A stretch of 64,000 bases of DNA from the NCBI RefSeq assembly GCF_026571515.1, contig NW_026857129.1, positions 1-64,000 on the forward strand, written 5' to 3'. Shown one piece after another: positions 14,369 through 29,300 of the stretch. The notes under the pieces were generated by a model that saw only the letters and a list, made by a program, of their open reading frames with translations, was not told the origin of the DNA and searched no databases. The number at the start of each line of letters is the position of its first letter. Position 1 is the first letter of the stretch. The stretch is from Ruditapes philippinarum. Its lineage: Eukaryota. The position numbers and the translations under genes were made by a program.

Positions 14369-17300
14369 AATCGCTATATGCCACCGCATCGCAGATGCTG
14401 CGGTGGCATAATAATACGTCTTCGAAATATTTTTTTAGCTTCTTTTTTTCAATAAATGTTTTTTTCTAAACAAATGAAATAATTAAATTATCTGAATCAA
14501 AAATATATTCATGAATTTTATAAATTATGTAATGTAAACATTGCATCTAAAAGCAGATTTTGGATTATTTTTGCACGTCGTCAATAAAGATACAATTACA
14601 TAAAAACACTCACATGCATAAACTTTACACTTCATGACCAATTTTAAATTTCTGGCTTCATTAAAAATCATTTCTTACTGATGGAAGACAATTCTCTTCG
14701 TACCCGAAAAATGGACAGTATTACTGCCTGTAGTTTACCAAGATTTTATATCATGGAACCAGGCTAAAATTAAATCATGCATAAACACGTTATCTCCATC
14801 TAAAGGGGAACTGTTTAGCATTTGAACAAAACGCATCGGTGGAAGTGCTATTGCATTGTACTGTCATTAAACATCTGAATTTTAAAATATATCCATTTGT
14901 TGACTTTAGAAACTAAGAAACAAGTTCGTATTGAAGAAATTTAAAGTTTTGTATTTTGAGATAGTTTGGATAGTGCTATGCCGACATAGTTCTGGTTTCA
15001 AAAACTTAAATAGCCGCCTTTTATATAATAAAGCGAGCTCACACGTATGCTGATTTATTTTGGTAAAATTTTGTAACGGGTCTGATGCCTTTTATATACT
15101 ACGTTTATACTCAAATTTGATCGTTCGTCATTTGCTTATTAAAAGTTTTAATATATCAAGTAGTCGGGATAAAATTGAAAAATGTTCTAGGCATTGTAAT
15201 AAAACATTACGAGCAACACTGTCTATATATATACATAGTGTAAATATTTAATATTTAAATTTTAGTTGCAAAAAACGTAGTCCAAAAGGGGCAACACAGA
15301 TTGGGAAAACAAAAGTTGAACGTTCGTTTATGTACCGAAACGATGAGAAAAGATACTTCAAATGAACAAGATCAAGAGTTCTTTACTGAAATAAAACTTC
15401 AAAATTTACCAAAACAAGTGACAGAAACGCACCTGAAGGTATTTCTCGAGGGTCAAGATATGGCAGAAGAAATTGCAGAATTCAATGTTGTAAATGTGGA
15501 TCTTCGGCCTGGAAATGATTCTGCAATTATTGAATTGGACAATCCTGAAGGTATAAAATAAATATATAAGTATTTGGTAAATATGTTTAAACAATTGTTG
15601 TACATTTTCTGTTTAAATGGTACTAAATAGTTTCTACTGAAAAAAAAAATATAAAAAAATCTGATACGAGTTCACTAAACATTTCAGTTGCAAAACTTTT
15701 GTGTGAAAGACGCACACTTCATTTGAAAGATGTTGAAGTATCAGTGGAACGATTCATACCAAGGAAAGTTAATTCATGTACAATAGCAGTTTCTGGGTTG
15801 CCAAGAATTGATGAACAACTTGAACTTCTTGAAATGTACTTTAAAGGCAAGAGGTCAAAAGGCAATTCACAGATTGTTAATAAATGGGTAGACCAAAAAA
15901 GAAACGAAGCGTATTTTACTTACCAAAGTAAAGAAGGTTTGTTATTTCTACTAATTGACAGTAAGACATCATGGGAGCAAATTATATTTGTTTGCAATTT
16001 TAATTTAATAGTTTATATTTTGATTACATGCGATTTAATTAAATATATTGTATCATATCAAACATTTGTTTTAACGCGCCCAAACAGCATAATAAGCTTT
16101 TTTTAATTTGAAGTATGAAAGAGCAATGTAGCTCTAAAAGAGTGTAGACAGATAATGTTTCATGCATCTTTAAATAATAAATGCGTCGCATTTACGGGGT
16201 AATTGATTATATGTAGCTACACATTTATGTCAAATATTTTTAATCGTTTTTGATTGTAGTTGCTGAACGGGTTGCTGCCAAAACAGATCATGTGTTTGAC
16301 CGACATACTTTGAACGTTTCTCTGTTTACGGAAGACAACATGAGTCATGATTTAACGAAAAAAATACGTGTTTCAAAACTACCAGATGATATTACAGAAA
16401 TGTACTTACAGACGCTTTTTGAACAACAAGAAATGCCATTTGACTTCAATGTTGTCAGCGTTATATTGGATTCCAAAGAAGCTTCTGCAATTATAGAGTT
16501 TGATTGTCCCGAAGGTGAATTTTTAATACATACACGATAACTGCACGCAACTAATAAAGCTATATTTTAATTTTGATACTATAAAGTATACATTTTTTTC
16601 AAAGCATAAAGACTGTTGTACCGCTGTTGTCATACTAGTTTTCCATTTTGTTGATATTATAATTCAGGTGTAAATAAAAACTATCGATTAATTCTACTTT
16701 GGTTTGACATGGTGCAGGCGGTCTTGAGATATGTATAAAAAGGCCGGTCAGATAGGAGAGTTTCATTTCAGTCTGAGCACACAAAGGCCCTCGACGTAGT
16801 AAGATCATACCAGTTGAGAAACAATCAGTAAATTATCTTCTCTGTTCATTGCTACCGGAATTTTAGGAGCTTTTTATCTCTGCATACATGTTCATTCTGG
16901 ATATGCTAAAACTATATTTTCGAGGGCTACACCAGTGAATATTTTGTCGTGGATGCCCGGCCAGAGTTAACAATAAAAAAATTTGCCGTGGCAGCAACCT
17001 TGCGGATAAGATACGAAATAGGTTGTAATTAATCAATGTAAACGCTATTAAACGTGGAAGTGGTCTATATGAATCGTGACAGACGAAATGGTCCTTTACA
17101 AAACTTGTAAATGGTCCATATTTGGACAGGAATGATATAATATTTTCCGGAACGTGAAGTTTTTTTTATCAGTTTTGTACATTGTGCGCCATTTCTGCAC
17201 GATCCTTACTTCAAACGTAGATGGTTGATAGCAGGCCCTTTCTTAACGTTTCAACTACCGTATACGACGGTGTTTACCATTTTGCAGGTGGTTTATCGTA

Positions 17301-20300
17301 CGCTGAGTTCTTCTACGATCTGGCCAGGTGTGAGAAGTTAAACTGTTTATAAAGAGGCTAAGCCCGACAGGAGATCTTCTCCCGCTCCATCACTAACATT
17401 ACTAACGTTATTTTGCATTAAAACTTAAGACCCGAAGTTCTTTGCATCGGTAATCATAATTACAAAATTACATAAAATGTTTGTTGAGACTTGTTTCTGT
17501 TAACTGACTAGAAAAATTCATAGTTCAGTTGTTTGAAAAGTAACAAGCCGTCTTATTATGATATCACAGGGTTTAGGTCGGTTTATCAAGAAAATTGTAG
17601 CAGAATAAATATATGTGGTATGTCGATGTGGCAGGGTGATTCTTTCTTCATCATGAATATTCTTTTGTTATTCAGTGCGTGTGAATTTAACTATGATAGA
17701 AACATCTCACTGTGGAATCTTGCGGCGTTAATTGTCGTAAATACATGAAGCAGTGTCGAAAGAGACACGTGATCTTACAAATAAATTTCAGCGTATTTAC
17801 AAGTAAATAATCCAAAATTATCACACTATCCTACTGTGATACTATGTTGTTAAGGTTGTACGAATTGAAACATGACTAAGTGTTATTTTGGGTGTTTTAA
17901 AAACAATTTCAATTCCAATATAATACAGTTTTGAACTAGAATACTGCTTATACTGAAGTTAAAGGGATGAAATACCTTGCACTTTTCATCAATCTTATGA
18001 ATTTTATGGCAAGTTTTGCCAATTTCTTGGAATAGCTTTAAAAGGTTAAATGAAAAGTAAACCTAAAATACGACAAATAAATGTTCAGTTCAATCTGTGC
18101 TTAAGACAATTAATATTGCGATGTTCGATATAATGATATACTAGTGTAATTTAATAACTAATATTACCAACAATAACCAGAGACAGTTTTGAATAATGTT
18201 AAGTCTTTCAACATTTCCTAATTTGGAAAGTTTTAAGGTGCCGTTAGAAGTTATATGATTGTATTTACTTTTCTTAAAAAAGCATGAGCATAGTTATCAA
18301 GGTTTATTATTGTATAGGTCCCTTTGCTTCTTACTTCATATTCTGTAGTGTGATTTCCTTATTTTATTCTTGAAGTTTGCAATGTTATAACGATATCATA
18401 GATCAATGCATTTGATTGTTTCAGCTGTTTCCTTCATGCTGACGAGGAAGCCAATTACGATAAAAGGAAAAGAAATTGAAATTAAATATTACGTGGAACA
18501 ATGCAGCAGTTTATGTTCAATAGAGGTCACAGGAATTCCAAACATTGAAGACCATCTTGCCAAACTATTTCAGTACTTCAATAACAGTCATAAGTCAAGA
18601 GGAGGGAAAATTGTTGAATATTATGCTGAACCAAATTCAAACAAGGCATACTTTACATTTGAAAGTGGGACAGGTAAGGCGCAGAAAAAACGATTACTTC
18701 ATAGTAATAATATATATCTTAGTATTTTTATTGGCACTTTTTGAAATAAGTTTGTTTTTTATAAAGGATTATTAAGGTACAAAAGCAATGACTATATTTA
18801 TTTACATGATATACAATGAATCTAAATGGACGTAGTGTTTTTTTTTAAATATAAAACGAAATTTCATGCAAAATGGCAAAGATCATAAGATAATCAATGC
18901 AAAGTAATGTTGCTTCCTTTCCTATACATCAATAATCATTTGGCCTCAAAACTTGTTTTTCAGAGCTAGAATATATCTGACTATATAAATATATGTAACT
19001 AAACTAAGTGTGTCGTCTTTTTGTTTAAAACAAGTTGCTGAGAGAGTTTTACTTAAGGACCACTCACAAGTTTGGAAGGGAATACAACTGTCATTAGTTC
19101 GTAATAATAAACACGAAGAGGATGAAGTCCCTTCAAACATGATAAGGGTATCTGGTATTAGAAGGGTGGCAAGAGAAACACTCAAGTATTATTTCGAAAA
19201 TAAATTGGCATCCGGTGGCGGAAGCATTGCAGCTATTGAAGCTGATCAAGAAGATGAAGACGTGATTTACATTCAGTTTTCTGAAAAAGAAGGTAGGTAA
19301 AGATAAGTTCATATTTAAAATGTTTCTTGCAGTTATCATAATTTCGCACATCTTTTTGTAAATTTCGTAAATTGTAAGTATGCCTTAAAATAAATTGAAA
19401 TACCATAAAAAACAACAAACAACAACAACAACAACAACAACAGTAGATTAAAACATAAACAACACTTCGATAACGACTTCTGTATTCAACTGATATTAAA
19501 ATAGAAGGACATTTATAGAAATTATACACAGCTTAATTCATGTCACTATTTTTTCAAAAAAATTATGATTATGTTAACAATAAACACCATTGACCATGTA
19601 TAGTTATTACCATTATGCACATAAGTTGCTGAGTGTGTTGCTGGAAGAAGTCACGAAGTCGAGGGACAAACTATCAAAACACGTATCTATAAATCACCAC
19701 CTTATTACGATACAAAGGTTTTGGTAAAAGGAATCGCTTTGACAACTACAAAGGACAGTATTTTCAATTTCTTAGAGGCAAAAACAGGAATAAAAGTGTT
19801 ACAAATTGCTTTTAGTGAAGAGGACGACAATGTTATTGTTGTGACAATGGAGAAACCGCCAGGTTGTATATTTTTTCTGATTTAAAAGCGTAAGAATATC
19901 TAGTTATCAATAAAAAAACAGTCATAATACGAGTAAGAGGGGTGATCGGAAAGTTCATAGGAATTTCATACAGCGTCATTATTATTGGCGTCCGCGCCGA
20001 AGCGCGACGCCCCTTATGGAATGAAATCAGATTTTGTGAAAGGGCAATGGCAACTTCTCGGGCCTTTAAGTCTGGCATAATAGACGACCATTCCGGTTTG
20101 TATGAGGGTGTTTGATTATTAAAAATGAAATGTCGCGATATGTACAATAAATAGCGAACTTGAGAATTTCGCAATGCAAACATATTCAAATGAAATAGTC
20201 TTTTTCTGTAAATTAATCGCGCTCTTCGGGTTTTTTTTATTAATCATTTTGTAGTACACTGTGGGTTATTATGTATGTTATTGTTGTACATGTATCCGAA

Positions 20301-23300
20301 AGCTATAAATAGAATGATGACCTTAACATTGTGAAAGTCAGCAAATCTATTTATAGAAGCAGTTTTAGTTTAAGCTGTAGTATTCTATAAAACCTATTTG
20401 CTGTTCAAGTCTCTTTTTCTAAAATCGACCCTGATTTCCCTATTGATTTTGACTGCTAATTTCTATGTTCCAAAGAAATGTCAAACGAACTTGAAATTCC
20501 ATCAAATCACCAATATTAATGATAATATCCAAAAATACCCCCTATATAGTATAAATAAACTTATACCATATGGGGAGTATATTTTGGATATCGTTGATCG
20601 GTATATTTTGGATATTATCGACAATATTGATAAAATTTCAAGTTCATGTGGAAAAAATAACTAGTAAAATTCTAATCTCTAGCATGCCTACCAAAGTTAA
20701 TAATGAATCCACCCATTCATAAATGATATACACTTCCGGTAAAAACCAATTAACCATTGAAAAGTTTATAAGAATTTCTTGTCATTATATGTCTACTAGT
20801 TCATCTTCACTTGCTGTTTTTCTTCCTTGGACACCCTTTAATGCTTGCATCAATGCTTTTCTTGTTTGTCGCATTAATATGAAACTTTAAATAAAAGTTG
20901 ATTAGCCTTTTTCACAAGCATACATTTGCACAAAATAGAAATTTAAATAATTTCTCTCAGTAAACGCGCATCAGCAACCCTTGAGCATATAAAAACAACC
21001 ATTTTTCTACTTCTTGAATTGATTATCAGCATGTTTGGAGGCATTCCCTTAAAGATATACTATGGTCAAATTTGTTATTAGAAAATATAGATAATTGCTA
21101 CACAATCTCTTTATTTGTATAAAAAATCAACCGTACAGTTCATATTTAGGTTCTTTAGAATTTGAAGTTTCCCGGACATCAAAGCAATATACGATTGATG
21201 CGGCTCGGGAACGCCAACGAGCTGCGTTTGTATTAGCGAATTGTTGTTTCGTCATAAGACAGTGACTGGTTTAGCGATACATACACAAAATGGTTATCGA
21301 GACATACATCGTTCATTCATCTCCAAAGTGCGCATGCATTTCTGATGTAATTATGACGTCCTTTGTTTAAGACTATATTTGCTCCGGGATCACCAAACTT
21401 TTTTAATTATTAGCAATAGCTTGTAAGCTCATCTGAACTATCTCAGGGTGAGCTTTTAGGGTCGTTGAATGTCCGTCGACCATCGTCTGTTGTCTGTCGT
21501 CCGTCCATATTTGTTCGTCAACACTTTAGTGGTCACAAATGTGCCTCAATCATCATCAAACTTTGTCAGGATGCTCGGCTAGGTAATTGCTCGGATGATT
21601 TCGAACATGGGTAATTTTAGATGAAAAACTAGGTCATAGGAGAATACTGTTAAAACTCTAGTGGGTACTATTTTATCTAAATATCTTTGAAATTGGTCTG
21701 AAAGTTTGTTTTGTCAAGTTTGAATATGGGTCACCTGGGGTCAAAAACTACGTCACACTGCCCAAATATGGAAAAACGTTTTTAACACTATAGTGGTCAC
21801 ATTTTTGACTCAAATGTCATCAAACTTAATCAGGGGGCTAATCTAGTTAATTTCTTGGATGAGTTCGAACATGGTTAATCTCTGGTGAAAACCTAGGTCA
21901 CAGGAACTAGAAATAGGAAAAGCTTGTCAACACTCTATTTTAGAGTGGCTTCTGTATTGATCTAAATATCCTGGAAATTGGCCTGAAAGTTGTTTTGGTG
22001 ATTTCTAGGTCAAGTTCGAATATGTGTACCTGTGGTCAAAAACTGCCCAAATATGGAAAAACCTTGTTTACACTGTAGTGTTTACATTTTTGCATCAATC
22101 ATCAACAACCTTTGTTATGTTTCTTGTCCAGGTTATTGCTTGGACGAGTTTGAACATGGGTCATTTTGGATTAAAAACTAGGTCACAGGAGCTAAAATCA
22201 ATAAAACTTGTCAACACTCTAGTGGCTATTGTTTTGATCCAAATATCCTTAAAAATGGTCTGAAAGTTTGTTTTGTCAAGTTCGAATATGGGTCACCTGG
22301 GGTCAAAAACAAGGTCACACTTCAGAAATATGGAAAACTTTGCTAACACTCTAGTGGTCACATTTTGACTCAATTGTTATCAATTTTGTTCATGATGCTT
22401 GTTTATCAATTATTCAGAGGAGTTGGGACATGGGTAATCTCTGGTGAAAAACTAAGTCACACAATCTTAAAATAGAAAACATTGTTAACTCTTTAGTGGC
22501 TACTATTGTTATCAAAATATCCTGGGAATTGGTGTGCACGTTTTTAGCTCACCTGTCACAAAGTGACATGGTAAGCTTTTGTGATCGCTTTTCGTCCGGC
22601 GTCCGTCCGTAAACTTTTAATTTAAACGACCTCTCCTCATAAACCACTAAGCCAATTTCATCCAAACTTCACAGGAATGTTCCTTTGGTAGTCAACTTTA
22701 AAAATTGTTCAAGGAATTTAATTCCAAGCAGAACTCTGGATGCTATGGCAACAGAAAGAAAAAACTTAAAATATCTTCTTTCGGAAATCCGTAAGAACTA
22801 GAGCTTAAATATTTGGCATGAAACATTAACTAGTCAGCGTCTACCAAGTTTTTTGAAATAAATGCCCTGTTGTCAAAATTGGCCCCGCCCGGCCGGGGGC
22901 CATTGATTATCCTTATTTGTATTTTACAGTACACGCATAAAGTAAAAACTTAAGAAATCTTCTTTTAAAAAACTTAAATAGCAAGAGCTTAGCCATTAAG
23001 CATGAAACATCTTCTAGTGGTTGTTTATCAAGTTTGTTCAAATAAAAGCCCTGGGGTCAAAATTTGCCCCACCCCAGGGGGTCATTGTTTTCCCTTTATG
23101 TATAAATTAAAAACTTAAAAATCTTCTTTTAAAAAACCTTTAGAGCTAGAGCTAGGATATAAAACATGAAAAATCTGCTAATTGGTGTCTACCATTTTTG
23201 TTCAAATAAGGGCCCTGGGGTTAAAATTGGCACCGCCCCGGGGATCATTGATTTTCCCTATATACATATAGTAAAAACTTTAAAAAATCTTCTGTTAAAA

Positions 23301-26300
23301 AACCCAAAGAGGTAGAGTTTAGATATTAAACATGAAGTATCTTTCAGTGAGTGTCTACCAAGTTTGTTCAAATAAAAGCCCTGGGAACAAAATTGGTCCC
23401 GCCCTGAGGGGGGGGGGGAATCATTGTTTTTCAATATATGTGTATAGTAAAAACTAAAAAATCTTCTTAGAGCTAGAGCTTCGACATTTATCATGAAACA
23501 TCTTCAAATGAGTGACTACCAACTTTGTTCAAATGAAAGCCCCTGGGTTAAAATTGACCCCGCCCCGGGGGCCTATATACAGGTGAGCGATTTCAGGGCC
23601 ATCATGGCCATCTGGTTTGATGATTTCTAGGTCAAGTTCGAATATGGGTCACCTGGGGTCAAACACTAGGTCACACTGCCCAAATATGGAAAACCGTGTT
23701 AACATTTTTGACACTATTGTCATCAACCTTTGTCAGGATGCTTGTCTACTTAATAGTTCGGAGTGTTCAATGAGTCAGGTGACCGATCAACGGCCGTCTT
23801 GGCCCTCTTGTGACTGTTGAATGTATTTAAATAATGTGCAAAAAGATTTATATGATAACATGGTAGTAACAGATTTCTTTATCATTTTTAGTGTTAGTCT
23901 TCAAACGTCTTGATCGCCCATTGTTATTGTTATCTCCCGATTGTTATTCCCCGCCGAAAAAGCTAGCGGGAATATGGCGATATTACCCATCCTCTACAGT
24001 TCCGTCCGTCCTGCTTATTTGTCCGGAGCAAGACCCGAAAAAAAACACTTGAGAAATCAACTGGAAAGTTGTTAAAGATAGCGCCAAAGTTTTGAAGATA
24101 TCATCTTGAAACTACATAAGTATACTTTATTCGGGAGGAGTTCAGTGAACCTACTGTTCATGTTCTTAGTTACTACTCGTCAGGAATATACTTTAACTAA
24201 AAACTATTTGAGATATAAAACTGAAATTTCCTGAGTGCATGTCGTTATTATTTTGCGTATGTTATTTTCATGCTTACTTTTTGTCAAAACTACGTTTATT
24301 TGGCAAGTATTCGAAGTATCACCGGTTGAAAAATCTCATTTAAGAGGAGTGCAGTGCATACAAATAACATCATTATCTGAGTCGTTGCTTTCTTAGTTTT
24401 TATGTTTTCGTTTTTCCTTCCACTTTTTGCCCATAGCATTATCTCTCTCCAATTGATATGCTTCTTCGGAGTAAAACTTCAAAGTTATCGAGACATATCA
24501 TTGAAAATATACACAGTTGTAGATACTAGAAAGAGGAAAGATGTGATTAAAGTTCCATAACCCTACTTTGCTTAGTTTATGTAATATCTGCCTTTATAAT
24601 ACTGAATAATGTTTGTCCAGAGAACACCTTCAAAATTTTTGAATGACTTTCATTGGAACTTCAAACAGTGATAGATGCCAACGAAATCTTTCCATACTTA
24701 ATTTATCTCTATTGATATGTTAAATCTTAAAAAACATTTAATTATATCCCCGACAAACGAAGTTTGAGGGTGTATACTGAAGCCAGCTGGTGGTCGGTTG
24801 GTCCGTGGCCGATTTTTTGTCCGGGACATAACCCAGAATGTACAAGAAATATTATCATCTTCAAATTTGGTGTAGATATATTTTAATGAATAGAAGTGCA
24901 GTGCAAAGTAACCGTAACCCTCCCTTATTTAATTTTGGAGTGATTGCTCTTAGTTTATTTTAAACTGGAAATAACTTGAGAACTTAAAAAGGTATCAACT
25001 TAAAACTTTGTAGTTATATAGATATCATTAAGTACAAGTGCATTGCATAAAAACTGTAATACTCCCCTTCCCAATTTTGGAGTTATTGCCCTTTGTTCAT
25101 TTTTACACTTGAAACTTTGTCCGGCACATAACTTGAGAATAATAAAAATCTTAAAACTTTGTAGGTAGATATATCTCACTGAGAAGAATTGCAGTGCATA
25201 AAATAAGTAACCCTTCCTTCCCTAATTTTGAAGTTGTTGTCCTTTGTTCATTTTCAGCTCGACTTCTTTTCAGCTCGACTTCTTTAAAAAAAATCTTACA
25301 ATCATGTCGCCATTGCCTTAACATCCCTTTCCGTCCGCGAACTTGTACCTTGATCATAACTTTTTAAGTTCTTGGTGTATTGTCTCCATACTTGCAACAA
25401 CATCCCTTGGGAAAAGACAACCAAGGAGACCAGACTACATTATCTTATTGATGTAGGACAAAATATCTAAAAACATTTGAAACAAGGGCCAGTTGAACCG
25501 GGTGATGCTTATCAAATAGGTTTCGGACACAAAGAAACTATCATAGAGTGCCCTAGATTCGTCCCTGCCCTTCGTTTTCCCCATTTTCGTTTTTAACATA
25601 GTCTCGCCAGTTTGTGCTGGTGCTCGTTACTTACCTTGGGAAATTATTTTACGCACTTCGTGCTATCTGTCCAATGAAACTGAAGATGAAAAATTTGAAA
25701 AAAAAAAACAACAGGTTGTTGTCAGCTTTTATTATCAAAAAGTATTGGATTGTGTAAAACTTTACCTTGTTCACTGTGTATTTATACATAAACTCCAAAT
25801 TTTATAACAAAAAAGCCAACTTTTAAATGGAGTTTCCCTCCGTCTGTTTTTGTAAATATTTATGAATGAATGTATCGTGACTTCCTACACAAGATAATCT
25901 TTTATATGGTCAAGTAAGAAAAATATATTCTTGTCCTCATTAGTCTAATTTCTCTCTCTTTTTTCTTCATCAGAAATATTTTCAAAGAATTCGTCAAAAA
26001 TACAGACATTACTCTGATAAATCACTTAATATTACATACAAACATATAAAAAAACATGGCATGTCTGTTAAAAAGCCAGCAAAAATTTATGGAATCCCTG
26101 TAACTACAATTTGAGATCGAGTGCTTTGTAAAGTTGAATATAACAAAGATGTGTTTGAAAAAGCCCCGTTATTTGACAATAATAAAGAATACAAATTGGT
26201 CAAACATTTTAAGGAAATGTCATTATATGGCTATGACTATAGCCGCCAAGAGTGTTAATACTTTGCCACTGACTATGCCAACCAGTCGGGTAGGAGAAGT

Positions 26301-29300
26301 AAAGATCATCCACTATCCATGAAATGGATAAGAAGTTTTTAAAAAAGATGGCATCAAGTGCCTTGATCTTAGAGGTCTTGAACATGTCCATGCCAAAATG
26401 TGCCATGAAAATGTTATTTCAGAGTACTTTTGCCAATGGCAAAACAACTTTGAAAGACAATGATCTACTTGACAAACACCATCCATAATGTAGATGAGAA
26501 TAGTATAAGTGATAACCACCTTCTGTAGTAGCTGATTCTTCTTACTGCCCACCAGCAATTACATCTGGCAAAGGGAAAACAATCACTGTCATTGGTGGAT
26601 GCAGTGCTAGTTGCATCCAAATCCACCATTGTTTGTATTTCTCGGATCTATTAATTTTGCCACCACCTACTTCCCATATTTTACAGCCTCTAGATGTCTC
26701 ATATTAAGGCCCATTTCAGAGAATGTATACTTTTCAATGCCATAAACTTTTGAGGCAGACAGTTTCAATTATAACAAGGTATAATATTTGTGAAATGAGT
26801 TGTTGTGTCTATCGTTAAGTCTTATCTACTGAAAATGTACAGTCTGGTTTCAAACGCAGTGGTAAATATCCACTAGACCCCTGTGCTATAAGTTCTGAAT
26901 ATATTTTACCAGCTGAAGTGAATTAAAATACCTCACAGTCTGACAATGACAATCAACAGTTGAAGGTGGAATCAGCACAGAAACCAGAGAAACTAAGAAA
27001 CAATGATTCAAAACCCAAAAATACAATGAGCAACATTGTGTCTGGAAAAGCTGATACAAACAAAGTACTAGATGAAATAAAAGAGCATGAATGTGGTCAA
27101 AAGAAAACTGAAATAAAAACAAAACAAAACAAAGCAAACAACAAACAACCCCCCGAAAAACAGACACTGACAGTAAAGTAAAAAAAGGAAAACAGGTTAC
27201 TTAAGAAAAAAAAACAAGTATCACCAATGTAGAACCCCAAGCTGGTCCATCACATTTTTATTTAATTTCAGACTGTAGTGAGATGTTGACTCTCTACAGG
27301 AATAATGCTGTGTCTGTCAGAGATATACTCCTGCAGACGTGGAAAACAGTGTCAATAGGTTTTGTTTAGTGGGCACAATGTGATGGACATAGAAATGGTT
27401 TTTCATGTAAACATCGGGTCCATCTAATTTGTTTTACTCAAATATGAATTCTCAGAACAAGAGATATATTCTTCTGTAAACAATGCATCAAAATGGCCTA
27501 AATGCTAACCTTTAGCGACAATGAACTTTTTAACTGTAAAGTGTTAAAACAGTTTTATTACTGTTCTATATAATAAACGTTTTCTGTTTTTCGTTGAAAC
27601 GAACTGTTTATTACGACTGCCTAATTGACTATAACTGTGTATCACGTGGTGTGACGCCATCACATTTTGCGAGGTGTCGAACGTAGGCACACAAAGATGT
27701 ACACTATTTTGTATACATGCTTTGTTTACGATTCATCCTTATTAAAGATTGAAATAAATGAGTACTGTTACCGGTAATTATTTATTTCCTTTTATACATT
27801 AAGTTTAATTTTTTAGCGCTGTATGATCTTAGGGGGACGAATGATGGACAGGCGAGAATCTTTCTTATTGATTCTCACAGTGTAAAAGTGAACAAGGACA
27901 ATAACTCTAATATAAGGCAAGACAGAGTTACAGTTTTTTTTTTGCATTGCACAAAGTTCTATTTACATACAAAAAGAGTTAACAAGGTTTCCAATATTTA
28001 GTGTAACCTAGTATTTGACCTCAGGTGGCCCATATTAGAACTTGACCAAAAAATTACAATTACTTTGAGAGTAATTGATTGATAATTGATTACATTCAAT
28101 GTAAAGTAGAATATCTACTTAAGACTACCCCTGAATTTAGACCACCCCTTAATAAAACTATTTTTACAAGGTTCTTTATATCAATGTTTACATGATTAAG
28201 AATTAAGAACAACCGTTTATCCGCTTTTTAGACCACCTGATTCAGTCCAAATTTTTTGCTTTATTCTGAATTTGACCTAACTATTGAGATAACTGGTATT
28301 AACGTCAACACCTATCTAGATCTTAAAGTTCTTAAGCTTTGCATGACACTTAATTTCACAAGGTGTGAAAAACTGTTATTTTTGGGTTATTGTATGAAAT
28401 AAGGTGAGAAGGTAAATTTTGAGTGGTTAAATGTTGCTTTCAGCAAATTTATTTTGTGAAGAATTAATTTTTATTTGATTGGTGATATGTGTACATTATA
28501 TAATAATTGATATTGAAATATGACCAAAAAGAATTCAACGTTAAATTTCTTCAGAAATTTGTTTTCCTCTCATCAGATATCAAAGAATACTCTTATAGAG
28601 TCTTTCATATTGTATTTGTAGCTTAAGATACATGCTGTTTTTTTCCATACAAAATGACTTAAACAGACCATGGTCATAAAGTATGTAAGGAATGATAAGA
28701 AAATTCACAATTAAGACCACCCCACAATTAAGACCACTTTGGTTCCTGCCCAGATGATGGTCTTAATGAAGGGCTTTTACTGTATAAATGTGAAATAAAA
28801 GTAAAATGGTATCATGTTAAAATAAAGGAATCCTTTGAATTAAATAAGTTTCCAGTTAAATCTGAAAGTTATCAATGTCAAACAATTTTTAATTATAATT
28901 TCTGACTGAATTTTATTTGTAATTGATTAATTTCAATTAAATTAATAAATTTTGGGCAAGGTTATCAATTACATGATGATAACAGTGTAATCATGTAATC
29001 GATTAAAAATCAATGATTACAGTTAATTATTACCCCAGGTCTGATTGATATCAAATTTCAATTAAGGATCAGAAATACACCCCTTGTCAAAATTTCAAGT
29101 ATGTACATAAAAAACGAAGAACTAGGTCAAACGATATCATTAATATCAAAAGTAGGTCAGTCGAGATCAAAATTCAATTCGGCATCAGAAATTACATTCC
29201 TGGTTCAAATGTAATGTTCTGTACATCAAAACACAAGAAAGAATAGGCCAAATAGTTTAAAAATATCAATTACAGCTAAATTGCTATCAAAATTAAGTTA

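Noticed and set aside
16700-17780. Less AT-rich block with TATAAAA, possibly a solo LTR
   Set aside because: I found no TG...CA ends with TSD, no primer-binding site and no recognisable coding remnant; left unclassified.
19233-19529. Poly-Cys ORF on the - strand
   Set aside because: It is a translation of the (CAA)n microsatellite.
19926-19965. Mariner-like TIR (gaggggtgatcggaaagtt)
   Set aside because: No matching second TIR or transposase was found.
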